DNA from: Tubulanus polymorphus
Taxonomy: Eukaryota > Animalia > Nemertea
Assembly: GCF_964204645.1 (NCBI RefSeq)
Contig: NC_134025.1
Coordinates: 14,074,001-14,138,000 of the forward strand
Direction of reading: 5' to 3'
DNA length: 64,000 nucleotides
A program made the position numbers and the translations under genes. A model generated the notes under the pieces. It was not told the origin of the DNA. It saw only the letters and a list, made by a program, of their open reading frames with translations, and ran no database searches. Below, piece after piece: positions 10,313-20,129 of this stretch. How positions within the stretch are numbered: the first letter of the stretch is position 1; the number at the start of each line of letters is the position of its first letter.

Positions 10313-10370
10313 TTATTTAAGAAAAAATTAAAAGAATGATATGTAATTTGAAATATCTTATTTTGAATAT

Positions 10371-10997
10371 CTAGAGTTGAATTATTACTTTTGAGTTATG
10401 ATATTTTGATTTAAGATGGTGTGATTTATTGCTTCGAGTATAATATTTTCCACAATTACATAAAACGCTTTCATTAGGGTTATATTTAGGCGTAACAATT
10501 TCATTATCTAAGTTACATTGAATTCCAACATCATTATAAGAATTATTATTAACTGATTCACATTGAATACCAATATTTGATGAATTTTCATTATAGATAA
10601 TTTGTTTATTATCAAAATTGAAATAATATAATTGTCTTTTTTCAATTCTTAAGTTAATCAAATCATTATAATCTTTTGAAAGTATTATATCATCATTTCT
10701 TTCATTGAAAGGAGTTTTAAGAATATTAATTATGTTTTCATCTAAAGTTCCTTTAAAATTTAAAACTGTATTGAACATTTTAGGATTTTTAACACCATTA
10801 TCAAAAGTATCAATTAGTTTAGTAATTAAATATGTTTCATTTGATAATATTAGATTAATCATAGTTATGTTATCGATTTTATAATGTCTGGCGGACACTA
10901 AATTTATTGCTGAAATATAATTTCTAATGTTAAACTGTGAAAATGATTTATTGATTTCATTGATTTCGATTTTAAAGTTGGGTTCTTCTTTCTTCAT
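10371..10997 (-). CDS. Hypothetical 208-aa protein with C-terminal zinc finger
   Basis: CNCGKYYTRSNKSHHLKSKYH; repeated (I/V)GIQC motif. Confidence 0.7.
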   Translation of the reverse strand: MKKEEPNFKIEINEINKSFSQFNIRNYISAINLVSARHYKIDNITMINLILSNETYLITKLIDTFDNGVKNPKMFNTVLNFKGTLDENIINILKTPFNERNDDIILSKDYNDLINLRIEKRQLYYFNFDNKQIIYNENSSNIGIQCESVNNNSYNDVGIQCNLDNEIVTPKYNPNESVLCNCGKYYTRSNKSHHLKSKYHNSKVIIQL

Positions 10998-11030
10998 TTT
11001 TATAACAAAATTTTAATTAAAACTCATCCA

Positions 11031-11390
11031 AATATAAATATTCAATGTTTTAAATATGAATTATTTCACTCGTTAATAACTCGTTACTTTTTATATTAAA
11101 AATCAAGAATTTAACACATATAAATATAAATATTCACTGTTTTAAATATGAATTATTTCACTCGTTAATTACTCGTTACTTTTATACTGAAAATAAGAAT
11201 TTAACGCATATAAATATAAGTATTCAATGATTTAAATATGAATTATTTCAATCACACTTTACTAACACTTTTAATGTCTAAAAATCTAACTCATACAAAT
11301 ATAAATATTGAAATATGTTTAAAATATATCTATATATCTATTCTATAAGAGCTCGTTAATTACTCGTTACTTTTTTACTAACACTTTTAT
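11031..11390 (+). repeat. Subterminal ~90-bp tandem repeat, 3-4 decaying copies
   Basis: aatataaatattca..ttttaaatatgaattatttcactcgttaat(a/t)actcgttactttt at 11031, 11123, 11213. Confidence 0.85.
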
Positions 11391-11456
11391 ATTGAATAAT
11401 CTATCAATTTATATGTTATTCATATATATTTTATTCATGTATATAAATATTTAAAG

Positions 11457-11649
11457 AGTAATAGGGGTAATGGGCTTTCAGGTTAAAGGTTGAACGGTTG
11501 AGAAATTTTCCAAATGTGAAATAATAATAATTTCTACTTGAATTAGGAGTGTACGCGACTAATTCAAGTAGAAATTATTGTTATTTTCATATTTGGAAAA
11601 TTTCTCGACCGTTCGACCTTTGGCCTGAAAGCCCATTACCCCTATTACT
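11457..11649. repeat. 193-bp terminal palindrome of the Polinton
   Basis: Arms 11457-11546 and 11559-11649, centre gtgtacgc; both ends read AGTAATAGGGGT inward. Confidence 0.92.
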
Positions 11650-12797
11650 TGCGGACATACTACAGAAATATATAGATATGGGGGAAAACCGGTACCGCCC
11701 AAGCGACGCACCAAACACTCCGAAAAGACAAGTCATAAAACCCCAAAACGAACATCCCAAAACCCAAACCCAAAAGGGGATTTAAACATTAGATCAAAAC
11801 AGCATTCGCAAAGAAGCAATATTTAGATCATATGTAAAAGCCTTACGGGACTGAACCTCCCTAATCGCTCACAAAGATAAAATATGTACACGTGCAATGG
11901 TTTGTAAGCATCATCAACCGCGGTAACATGACCAGAGGGAAGGAAAAGCAACCCCTCAATAGTTCCAACGGTAACCACAATCGTCGAAAATAGAATCCAC
12001 ACCCTCAAAGCAGATCGTACCGTATCCCACAGGCAACTCAAGGAGTATACTAAACCAACCCCCCAGCCAACATGACCGAAGCCATGACAACGGACACTAA
12101 GAGGCCCGCGGCTAGAGAATTGAAAACAGGACGCAATAAAACCACGAATTGAAACTGATCGACGATCTAATTTAATTACCAGCGTAAACAATCGACAGGT
12201 TTCAGACGCCAAATCTTTTGCAATTTCCACCCCGGAAAACGGTAAAGACAAATTGACCAACAAGCAAAACTCGTGGAATACAAGGGCAAACGCAACACGA
12301 AGCTGACCAGCCATGAACAAGAAATATGAAAATGCTAAGTTCTGAGTGCTCGCGTAAAACTGCAAAATGTAAGGTATTTGTCACACGTCTCGCACGAACG
12401 GAGCAAACTTAATCAAGCAAACTTAATTGAGCGCGACTAAAATCTCCACGGAAACGAAAATGCGCTAAATAAAATCACCGAAACGGATCAGAAAACCGAA
12501 ATAATAGACGAACTAGGCTGACCGATAAATCTCACGTTAGTGGGACCAACGTAGTATACGGAAACACATTCAGAATATGGAGAACCAACAACCCTGACCT
12601 CCCGAGTTTTCCCTGCCCTAAAAATGCATTTATTCATTATCACTCTTTATTCTCAAACGTAACAATTCTTCCATTCTTTTCTCACACACTCCGGAGCAGG
12701 GCACACAGCCCTCCATCCCGCACCCAGCAGGCAACAAGACGCACAGTCCTGTGACGCACACAGCCTCATATCCACATCCAGTCGCTACGACAAGTTT

Positions 12798-12950
12798 GTC
12801 CAAACATATTGGACGCCCGCACACAGTGGGCTTCAAAATCCTTCCAAACACATTGGATCGATAGAAATTTGGTCCAAACACATTGGACGCCCACACACAG
12901 TGGGCTTCAAAAATCTATCCAAACACATTGGATCTGACCACACACAGTGG
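12798..12950 (+). repeat. Short ~72-bp tandem duplication
   Basis: gtccaaacacattggacgcccacacacagtgggcttcaaaat..tccaaacacattggatc x2. Confidence 0.7.
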
Positions 12951-13943
12951 ACTACCCCCTATTCCACACACAGTGGAATACCCCGGACGACAGACTCCAA
13001 ACTACACAAAAGAGGACACACAGTTCAACAAAAGTACATGGTCACAGCACGAAGCCAAGCCGTGAACCACCACAACCGCATAAGCACGTCCGACAGCGAG
13101 GAAAACGAAAGCAAAACTGATTTCTTCCGTCTGTCCGCAGCACCACGTAGTGAGAATAGTTGCGAAATTCGTGTTTTCCACAAAGATCGTGAACTGGTAC
13201 GCTCAGTTGCATAGAATCTCGTGGGCTCGTCTTTAGGACTAAACGAACAGGTGCCAGAGGAATGGGCGGTGAGGCGTTCTTTGTACGGGACAAACTCGTT
13301 ATCCGCGAAAACTGTGACCGCGTGCCGATGGACAGCCCTAGAACCAGCGCGGAGGTATTATGCGTACAATTCGTAGACCGGACTGTTCTCGTATCTCGAA
13401 GTCGTTATGTTATCGAATTTGTAAATAGTGTAAATTAATGTGACAGTAGTCCAAATGTGAAAATGTAAATAGAAATATCGTTGGCTCGCATGTATATCAT
13501 AGGGCAGATACGGTTGTAGGTAAAAATCCCCAAATATTCAAAGTAGGTAAAAATCTCCACTTGTTGATTTTCAAGAAATTTCAAAGCAAGATGGTATAAA
13601 TAATAACTTTCATACGTCGGCCTACCTGATGTAACTCCAAATATTGTCACCTCTGATTTAAATGAGCAAAATGTTGTCACTTTTGATTTGAATAAGCAAA
13701 ATGTAACCAGTACAGCAAACGCAGCAACCATAAGTGAAACGCCTTGTATCAAATGATCATTTAAAAGTTTTCTACTAGTTTTCTGCAGTACTCAGAATGT
13801 ATGTGGATGTAATCTATATTACCCCAGAAAATAGTCGTTATTATTCAGAAATAGGTATCAGAGGGAGGAATTGAAATAGAGTTAAATGAAGAAATCCCAC
13901 ACTTCGAATTTGAAATTATACAATCAAATTTATTATTACGAAA

Positions 13944-13985
13944 CCACAACGTTTCGGCTGTTGACTAACAGCCATCATCAGGTGG
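13944..13985 (-). ncRNA. Minimal hammerhead ribozyme in the inverted pLTR
   Basis: Reverse complement of the 17183-17224 motif. Confidence 0.7.
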
Positions 13986-14319
13986 AATGACCAGAAAAAC
14001 AAGTTACAAAGCATATAAACTCACAGGATCTAAAATAAAAGCAGTGTGTCAAAACTAAAGATAAACAGACCAAGCAATAAAACATCAAGGGGTACCGTGG
14101 AAACCACAGCAATTCTAAACAGTTCAGAGTAAAAACAAATTAAGTGACTAAGAACAGATTTTTGGTATGGCTATGGGGAATTCACTTTCCCCTGTTCTTG
14201 CAGGTTTATTTTTGGAACATGTCGAAAGTGAAATTCTTCCTCTTTACACTGAAAGTAGACCCAAAATTTGGCGACGTTACGTTGATGATATTCTTTGTTT
14301 AGTTTCCCCCGATTTTAAT

Positions 14320-16077
14320 AAACCATTTTACAGTTGCTAGCCGCCATTTTGTTAGGGTACTTTTGTCCCGTATTGTTGGGTCATTTTTTTCTATTTTTTA
14401 AAAACTGTCCGTGATGCGTGTTGTATCATATTTCATCTGTCCATGGATGGATTTTGACAACTTCAGCAACATTCAAACTGCGTGAATCTCTAGTTTTCAG
14501 TTATGTAAAAATAATTTCTCAAATTTACAACAATGCGACATGAGAGCGATATAAAAATCGGTGGTCAGTTTTTGCCGTGCGCATAGAAATCAAGGGTACT
14601 GAACTTTGAAGTTCGTTATTTTCAGAAATAATTTTCTAAAAAATCCTAGCATTTCAAGCACTGTGCGCATAAATGCCCCCTTTCAGGTGAACTTTGAAAT
14701 TTTAAGATATCTTGCCTAGTTTTTTTTCTATGGCACTTTAACTACAGCGCGTGTATTGTCATTCCGAGATTCGGCGCTGTTTTCTTTGCGTGTATTTCAG
14801 TATATGGGTGTTATTTTTTCACTTTTACTACACTTGTCTCTACGGAAAATGGTTTTAATTGTTGGTACGAGTATCAGGTTTTAATATTACGTCATTTATG
14901 CAATATAATAGATCGAAGACATTAGAGATGTTGGAGTTAAAGGGATTTTTTTACCAGTTTTAGCAGCGAGACTGAACGGCATTTTGATCACGTATTCGAA
15001 GTTGCGCGCGGGAAGAGAATATATGGGCCTATATTGAGATGGAAGAAGAAAAGAAATATAACACACAAAATCGAGTATGATGACCATTTAAATCAGTAGT
15101 CTATCAATAAATTTACATAAAAATCTACTGAAATTAGATGGATGGAGAAGTGGTCAAAAAGCTGGACAAATGGGTTGGGGCAAATATTCAGCTACTTTCT
15201 ATGAATACTTTCTATTAAGTACACACAAGATTGATTAGATTGGGAAGAAAATATAGGAAAACGTTTTCTTGCTTTGGTGGTGACATATCAAGTATCAAGC
15301 CCTAATGTAAGACACCGGTGATAAAAAGTAAAAAGTGACATCTACCATCACAAAAACGCAAGAAGTGTGTGGATTGCATTTACAACAAAAGAGTGATATT
15401 TTGGGTTTTCTTGGGTGCATGTACGTAAGCCTCTGCCTGCTGTAAAAGCGGCTACCAATACAGCCATTACGAACTAGCGCCGGAGAACGGAATACAGTAT
15501 TAATGCCGTAATATTAAAACCTGATACTCGTACCAACAATTGAAACCATTTTCCGTAGAGACAAGTGTAGTAAAAATGAAAAAATAACGCCCATATACTG
15601 AAATACACGCAAAGAAAACAGCGCCGAATCTCGGAATGACAATACACGCGCTGCAGTTAAAGTGCCAAAGGAAAAAAACTAGGCAAGATATCTTAAAATT
15701 TCAAAGTTCACCTGAAAGGGGGCATTTATGCGCACAGTTCTTGAAATGCTAGGATTTTTTAGAAAATTATTTCTGAAAATAACGAACTTCAAAGTTCAGT
15801 ACCCTTGATTTCTATGCGCACGGCAAAAACTGACCACCGATTTTTATATTGCTCTCATGTCGCATTGTTGTAAATTTGAGAAATGATTTTTACATAACTG
15901 ATACTAGAGATTCACGCGGTTTGAATGTTGCTGAAGTTGTCAAAATCCATCCATGGACAGATGAAATATGATACAACACGCATCACGGATAGTTTTTAAA
16001 AAAGAGAAAAAAATGACCCAACAATACGGGACAAAAGTACCCTAACAAAATGGCGGCTAGCAACTGTAAAATGGTTT
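14320..16077. mobile_element. Non-autonomous DNA transposon with ~570-bp TIRs (PIF/ISL2EU-like, AT target)
   Basis: TIRs 14320-14891 and 15507-16077, flanked by AT. Excision restores the PLE RT frame (SPDFN-LNGFL). Confidence 0.85.
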
Positions 16078-16967
16078 ATTTGAATGGATTCTTACATTAT
16101 TTGAACTCTTTATATCCTACTTTGAATTTCACTTTTGAGTGGGAAGAAAATAATTGCATCCCGTTTCTCGATGTACTCATTCATAATTTCAAAACAAATT
16201 TGAAATTCTCTGTATATAGAAAACCGACTAACGCTGAAGCTTATCTTCATTTTTTCTCATTTACTCCTTTGAACATCAAAATTGGAATAGCCCAAGGATT
16301 ATTTCTTCGAGCTCTACGTATTTGTGATCAAATGTGTTTAGATAAAGAAATCAAACATATAAGAACTGCTCTCAAGAAACTAGCCTATCCAGACAAAATT
16401 TTGAACAAAGCTTATTTCAAAGCCCGAATTTCTCACTTTGGACATAACGACCTGACCAAAAAACGCAGAGCTCAAAAGAATATTATAATCCCGTATTTAC
16501 CTACTTTGGAACGCTTTAAATCCACATTAAGCACCATCGACACTAGATTAGTCTTTCAGTATAATAACAAACTCACTAATGTTTTAACCAAAAATAAACC
16601 CAACAGTGAGCTAATTGAGTCTGGGGTCCATAAGATACCATGTAAAAATAAAGACTGTAATATGATGTACATCGGCGAAACGGGACGTAATCTCAGTCAG
16701 CGTATTAAAGAACACAAAATAGATATCCGCAACCAAAAGCCTGAGAGTGGAATAGCGAATCGTGTCTTTACAACCAATCACCAATTTGACTTTCAGAATT
16801 CGAAACTTATTTATCCTTGTAAAGATATTCATAAGAGACACATAGTGGAATCAGCCCTTATATGTAAACTTTCGAAATCCAATTTATCTACTAATTTAAA
16901 TACTGGTTTTTCTCCACATAACCAATTATTATCCAGACACATCAACTCTTTATTAGATTTGGGTTGA
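16078..16967 (+). pseudogene. Penelope RT thumb + GIY-YIG endonuclease (3' part of the interrupted ORF)
   Basis: IPFLDV, VYRKPT, GVHKIPC..C..YIGETGR..RIKEH..VESALI..LN. Confidence 0.9.
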
Positions 16968-17182
16968 TGTCACTATGTGTCACTCTGTTATCGCCACCCT
17001 CTTCAGTCCACTTCACTTAGTTACATAATTTGTTTTTACTCTGAACTGTTTAGAATTGCTGTGGTTACCACGGTACCCCTTGATGTTTTATTGCTTGGTC
17101 TGTTTATCTTTAGTTTTGACACACTGCTTTTATTTTAGATCCTGTGAGTTCATATGCTTTGTAACTTGTTTTTCTGGTCATT

Positions 17183-17224
17183 CCACCTGATGATGGCTGT
17201 TAGTCAACAGCCGAAACGTTGTGG
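17183..17224 (+). ncRNA. Minimal type I hammerhead ribozyme in the pLTR
   Basis: ccac CUGAUGA u ggcuguu-aguc-aacagcc GAAA cguu gugg. Confidence 0.75.
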
Positions 17225-17289
17225 TTTCGTAATAATAAATTTGATTTTCAAATTCGAAGTGTGGGATTTCTTCATTTATCTACAGTTTA

Positions 17290-19750
17290 CACGGATTATA
17301 GTGTTTATTCGACAACTGAAATAGAGTTGTTACAATTGAAAGTTGAGTATGATTTTCATGTGTTAATTTCTGGTGACTTAAATGCTCACACCGCTTGTAT
17401 GCCAGACTTTTTGGAACCTGATAATCAGATAATTCAAGATGATAACTAAGACCCTATTGTTGACTCGCAAACGTTGATTAATTTAGGCGTTCCCCACTAT
17501 TAGAAATAATCAGGATAAAAGAACGGATAATACAGGCTATCAACTTATAGATTTGTGTAAAAAGCATTCACTAATTATTCTCGATTACAGATGTGGCAAT
17601 GATCAGACTGGTAATTTTACTTTTAGGAACGCTATTGTCATTGATTATTTTGTGTGTGATTTAGAACTGTTTGGTTATGTTGAGGACTTTGAAATAATGC
17701 CTTTTGACCCATTACTATCTGATGGACATAATCCTATTAATCCTATAGTGCGTGTATACGAATTCTAGGGACACCAGTGCTGGTAATAATGAAAGTAATA
17801 ATGAACACGCGAACTTAAACACTTCAATTAGGTGGGACAATACTAGATCGAAACATCTTTCCTGAGTGTAGAATCAAAATTACGTGATAATGATTTAGAG
17901 AAGTTACTTTTGGATGGGTTGCAAGATCTAGGAAATCAATCGCCAGATGAAATTAATGTTTTACCGATGAAGTGATGAAGTAATTAAGATGAAGTAATTA
18001 ACTAACATAACCAAACAGTTCTAAATCACACTTTACTCAAAAACAATAAGGCTTCAGGCATTGATGGAATCACGAATGAACTGTTGTTGAGAGTTAGTCA
18101 GTACCCGTGTTTAGTTGATATATTACAAGAATTATTCAATTTAGTTCTTAAAAGAGGATATGTTCCAGACATGTGGTCTATAGGCGTCATCTAACCCATT
18201 CTCAAAATGAACGGTGATCCCACTAACCCTGATAATTATAGAGGTATTTATGTATAAACTAGTCCATCATCTAGTGCCCGATAACTTCATGTATTTATTG
18301 CCTTTTAAAAACGAGAGACATGTAAGAATTCTACGCAATGCACAGGATCTCGATATACCGTATTTTTGCACAACAAATTCGTAATAGATTGTTTCCTTCT
18401 TAAATATCATTTTAAGTGTCACCTCCTTTCCTGTAATTGATGTATAATTCTATTCAAACATTACATAAAATCTTTATTTTATCCCAACTCGTTCTGCACT
18501 TATATTCAATTATATCCTCATCGCTGGTTTTCATCAATGTATCACTGCTTAATAGGTCGCCAAAATACTGTATTCCTTTATTTGACAGGGACCCGACTCG
18601 ATCTCCGGACTCTTCCGGTCCCTGGCAATCTCATTATCATCTCTGCTCATATGTATTTCCATATTTGTGACCAGTGTTCTTTATTAGATTGCAAATAAAA
18701 TACAATAAAATGCAGGTGTTATACCCTAGTTAGCTGTCTTGGTAAGTTATTTACAGGTATCCTAAATCAAAGAGTGCCAACATTCTTAGATACGAATAAT
18801 ATTATAAGTGAAGCTCAGGCTGGCTTTAGATCGAAATATTCCATTATTGATCATATTGACACACTTAAAACAATCGTAGAGCTGTATCTTTGTCAGGGAA
18901 GAAGACTTTTTTGTTGATTTTAAGAAAGCTTTCGACTCGATTTGTAGGGTAACGTTATGGCGGAAATTAATAGCTAACAGTATTTATGGAAACTTTTTTA
19001 ATGTGGTCAAAATATGTATAATTCCATAAAGTCATGTCTTAAATTTCATGGTAGCACGTCACAATACGCTGCAGCTGAGAGAGGCTTAAGACAAGGCGAA
19101 AATCTTTCACCTATCCTCTTTTTGTTATTCTTAAACGAATTTTTCATGAGTCGTGGAAAACCGACTTTGTCATTTGTTTCGTGATCAAGAGTTAGATGGA
19201 GTTGAAGATTATGTTTGTTTATCTCGGAGTAAAAAATAATTGGAACGGTAACTTTGCTAAGGCAAAAAAGTATCTTTACGACAAAGCTATGAGAGCCACG
19301 TTTTCGATCGTTTAAAATTGCCCATAGATGTTATGTTTAAATTATTTGATATGTGTATTGCTCCAACAGCCATACGGGCGTGAGATCTGGGGGGTACGAA
19401 AGTCTTGATTTATTAGAAAATATTCATTGCTTCTTCAGTAAAAATTTTAATGAAAGTGACGAAATATTCTCGCAACTTGGAAGTATTATCAGAGCAAGGA
19501 CTTTATCCTTTGAATAAAGATGTTAGACGCAGGATGATTAACTTTTGGTTTAAAACAGTATCTTGAAAGCAAACCAAACTTAATTCAATACTTTATAAAA
19601 TATCTTTCAATTTGTTTTTAAAGGATACACTTAAGAGCCTTTGGTTATCATATATAAAGAAAACTTTTGATGATTGTGGTTTGTCCTGCATTCGGACGCA
19701 GCAATTCATGACAAACAGTAAATCTTTTTCAAAACGAATAAAACAGATAC
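17290..19750 (+). pseudogene. Decayed non-LTR retrotransposon ORF2 (RTE/RTEX-like APE-RT); upstream part at ~13790-13884
   Basis: GDLNAHT, IDYF, SDGH, KASGIDGITNE, NYRGI, EAQAGFR, DFKKAFDS, GLRQGENLSP with many stops and frameshifts; ~465-bp insertion at ~18246-18712. Confidence 0.75.
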
Positions 19751-20129
19751 TCCGTGGCGATCTAGTCGTGGTGTTTATTTTATACAAATTTTCAATCTTT
19801 TAGTAAGCTGCCTTTGTGCTCTGTAGTGTCTGCTTATCTTGTGTAGTGTCTGCTCAACTTGTGTTCATACCTTATTGTTTGCTTATGTTGCTTACGTGCT
19901 TTAAACTATGCTTGATTTATACCATACTTTAGGTGACGGAGTAGGGTAGTATTTTGTTTGCTTTGCTTTGTGTTCTTAGTTGCATATTTTCTATGATTCA
20001 CCAAGTGGGTGGATTTCTCTTGTGTATATTCTTATTTTCTTGTACACACGGGTGGTGTGGTCAGGTGTTTTATTTTGTGCAAACTGTTGAGTTGAGCACC
20101 TGGTGTGATTCAAAGTCAGTTACTCATCA

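Larger units (their letters stand above)
7683..10471. repeat. Internal inverted duplication: arms ~7683-8756 and ~9409-10471, ~650-bp spacer
   Basis: Arms are near-identical reverse complements and carry the same two ORFs in opposite orientation. Confidence 0.92.
1..11649. mobile_element. Right portion of a Polinton/Maverick (adintovirus-like) element; left end lies outside the window
   Basis: Dense intronless AT-rich ORFs including pPolB and a penton-like protein. Ends in ...CCCCTATTACT (5'-AGT on the other strand, Polinton-type AG...CT terminus), followed by an abrupt GC increase. Integrase, ATPase, major capsid and protease genes are not seen in the window. Confidence 0.88.
13885..17278 (+). 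mobile_element. 5'-truncated Penelope-like element with an inverted pLTR at the 5' end
   Basis: 13885-14152 is the reverse complement of 17017-17278. RT fragment GMAMGNSLSP..WRRYVDD at 14153-14319 continues after a MITE into 16078-16967. Confidence 0.88.

Noticed and set aside
11457-11649. Independent 193-bp MITE
   Set aside because: No TSD (ttaaag vs tgcgga); continuous with the AT-rich Polinton sequence
1-11649. Bacterial prophage or linear plasmid
   Set aside because: No Shine-Dalgarno pattern; penton-like gene, Polinton-type pPolB and termini; eukaryotic TE context
11549-11785. 78-aa ORF
   Set aside because: GTG start in the hairpin loop and crosses the element boundary; likely spurious
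16050-16077. ATG start of the 305-aa ORF
   Set aside because: The first codons come from the MITE TIR; the real frame begins upstream of the insertion
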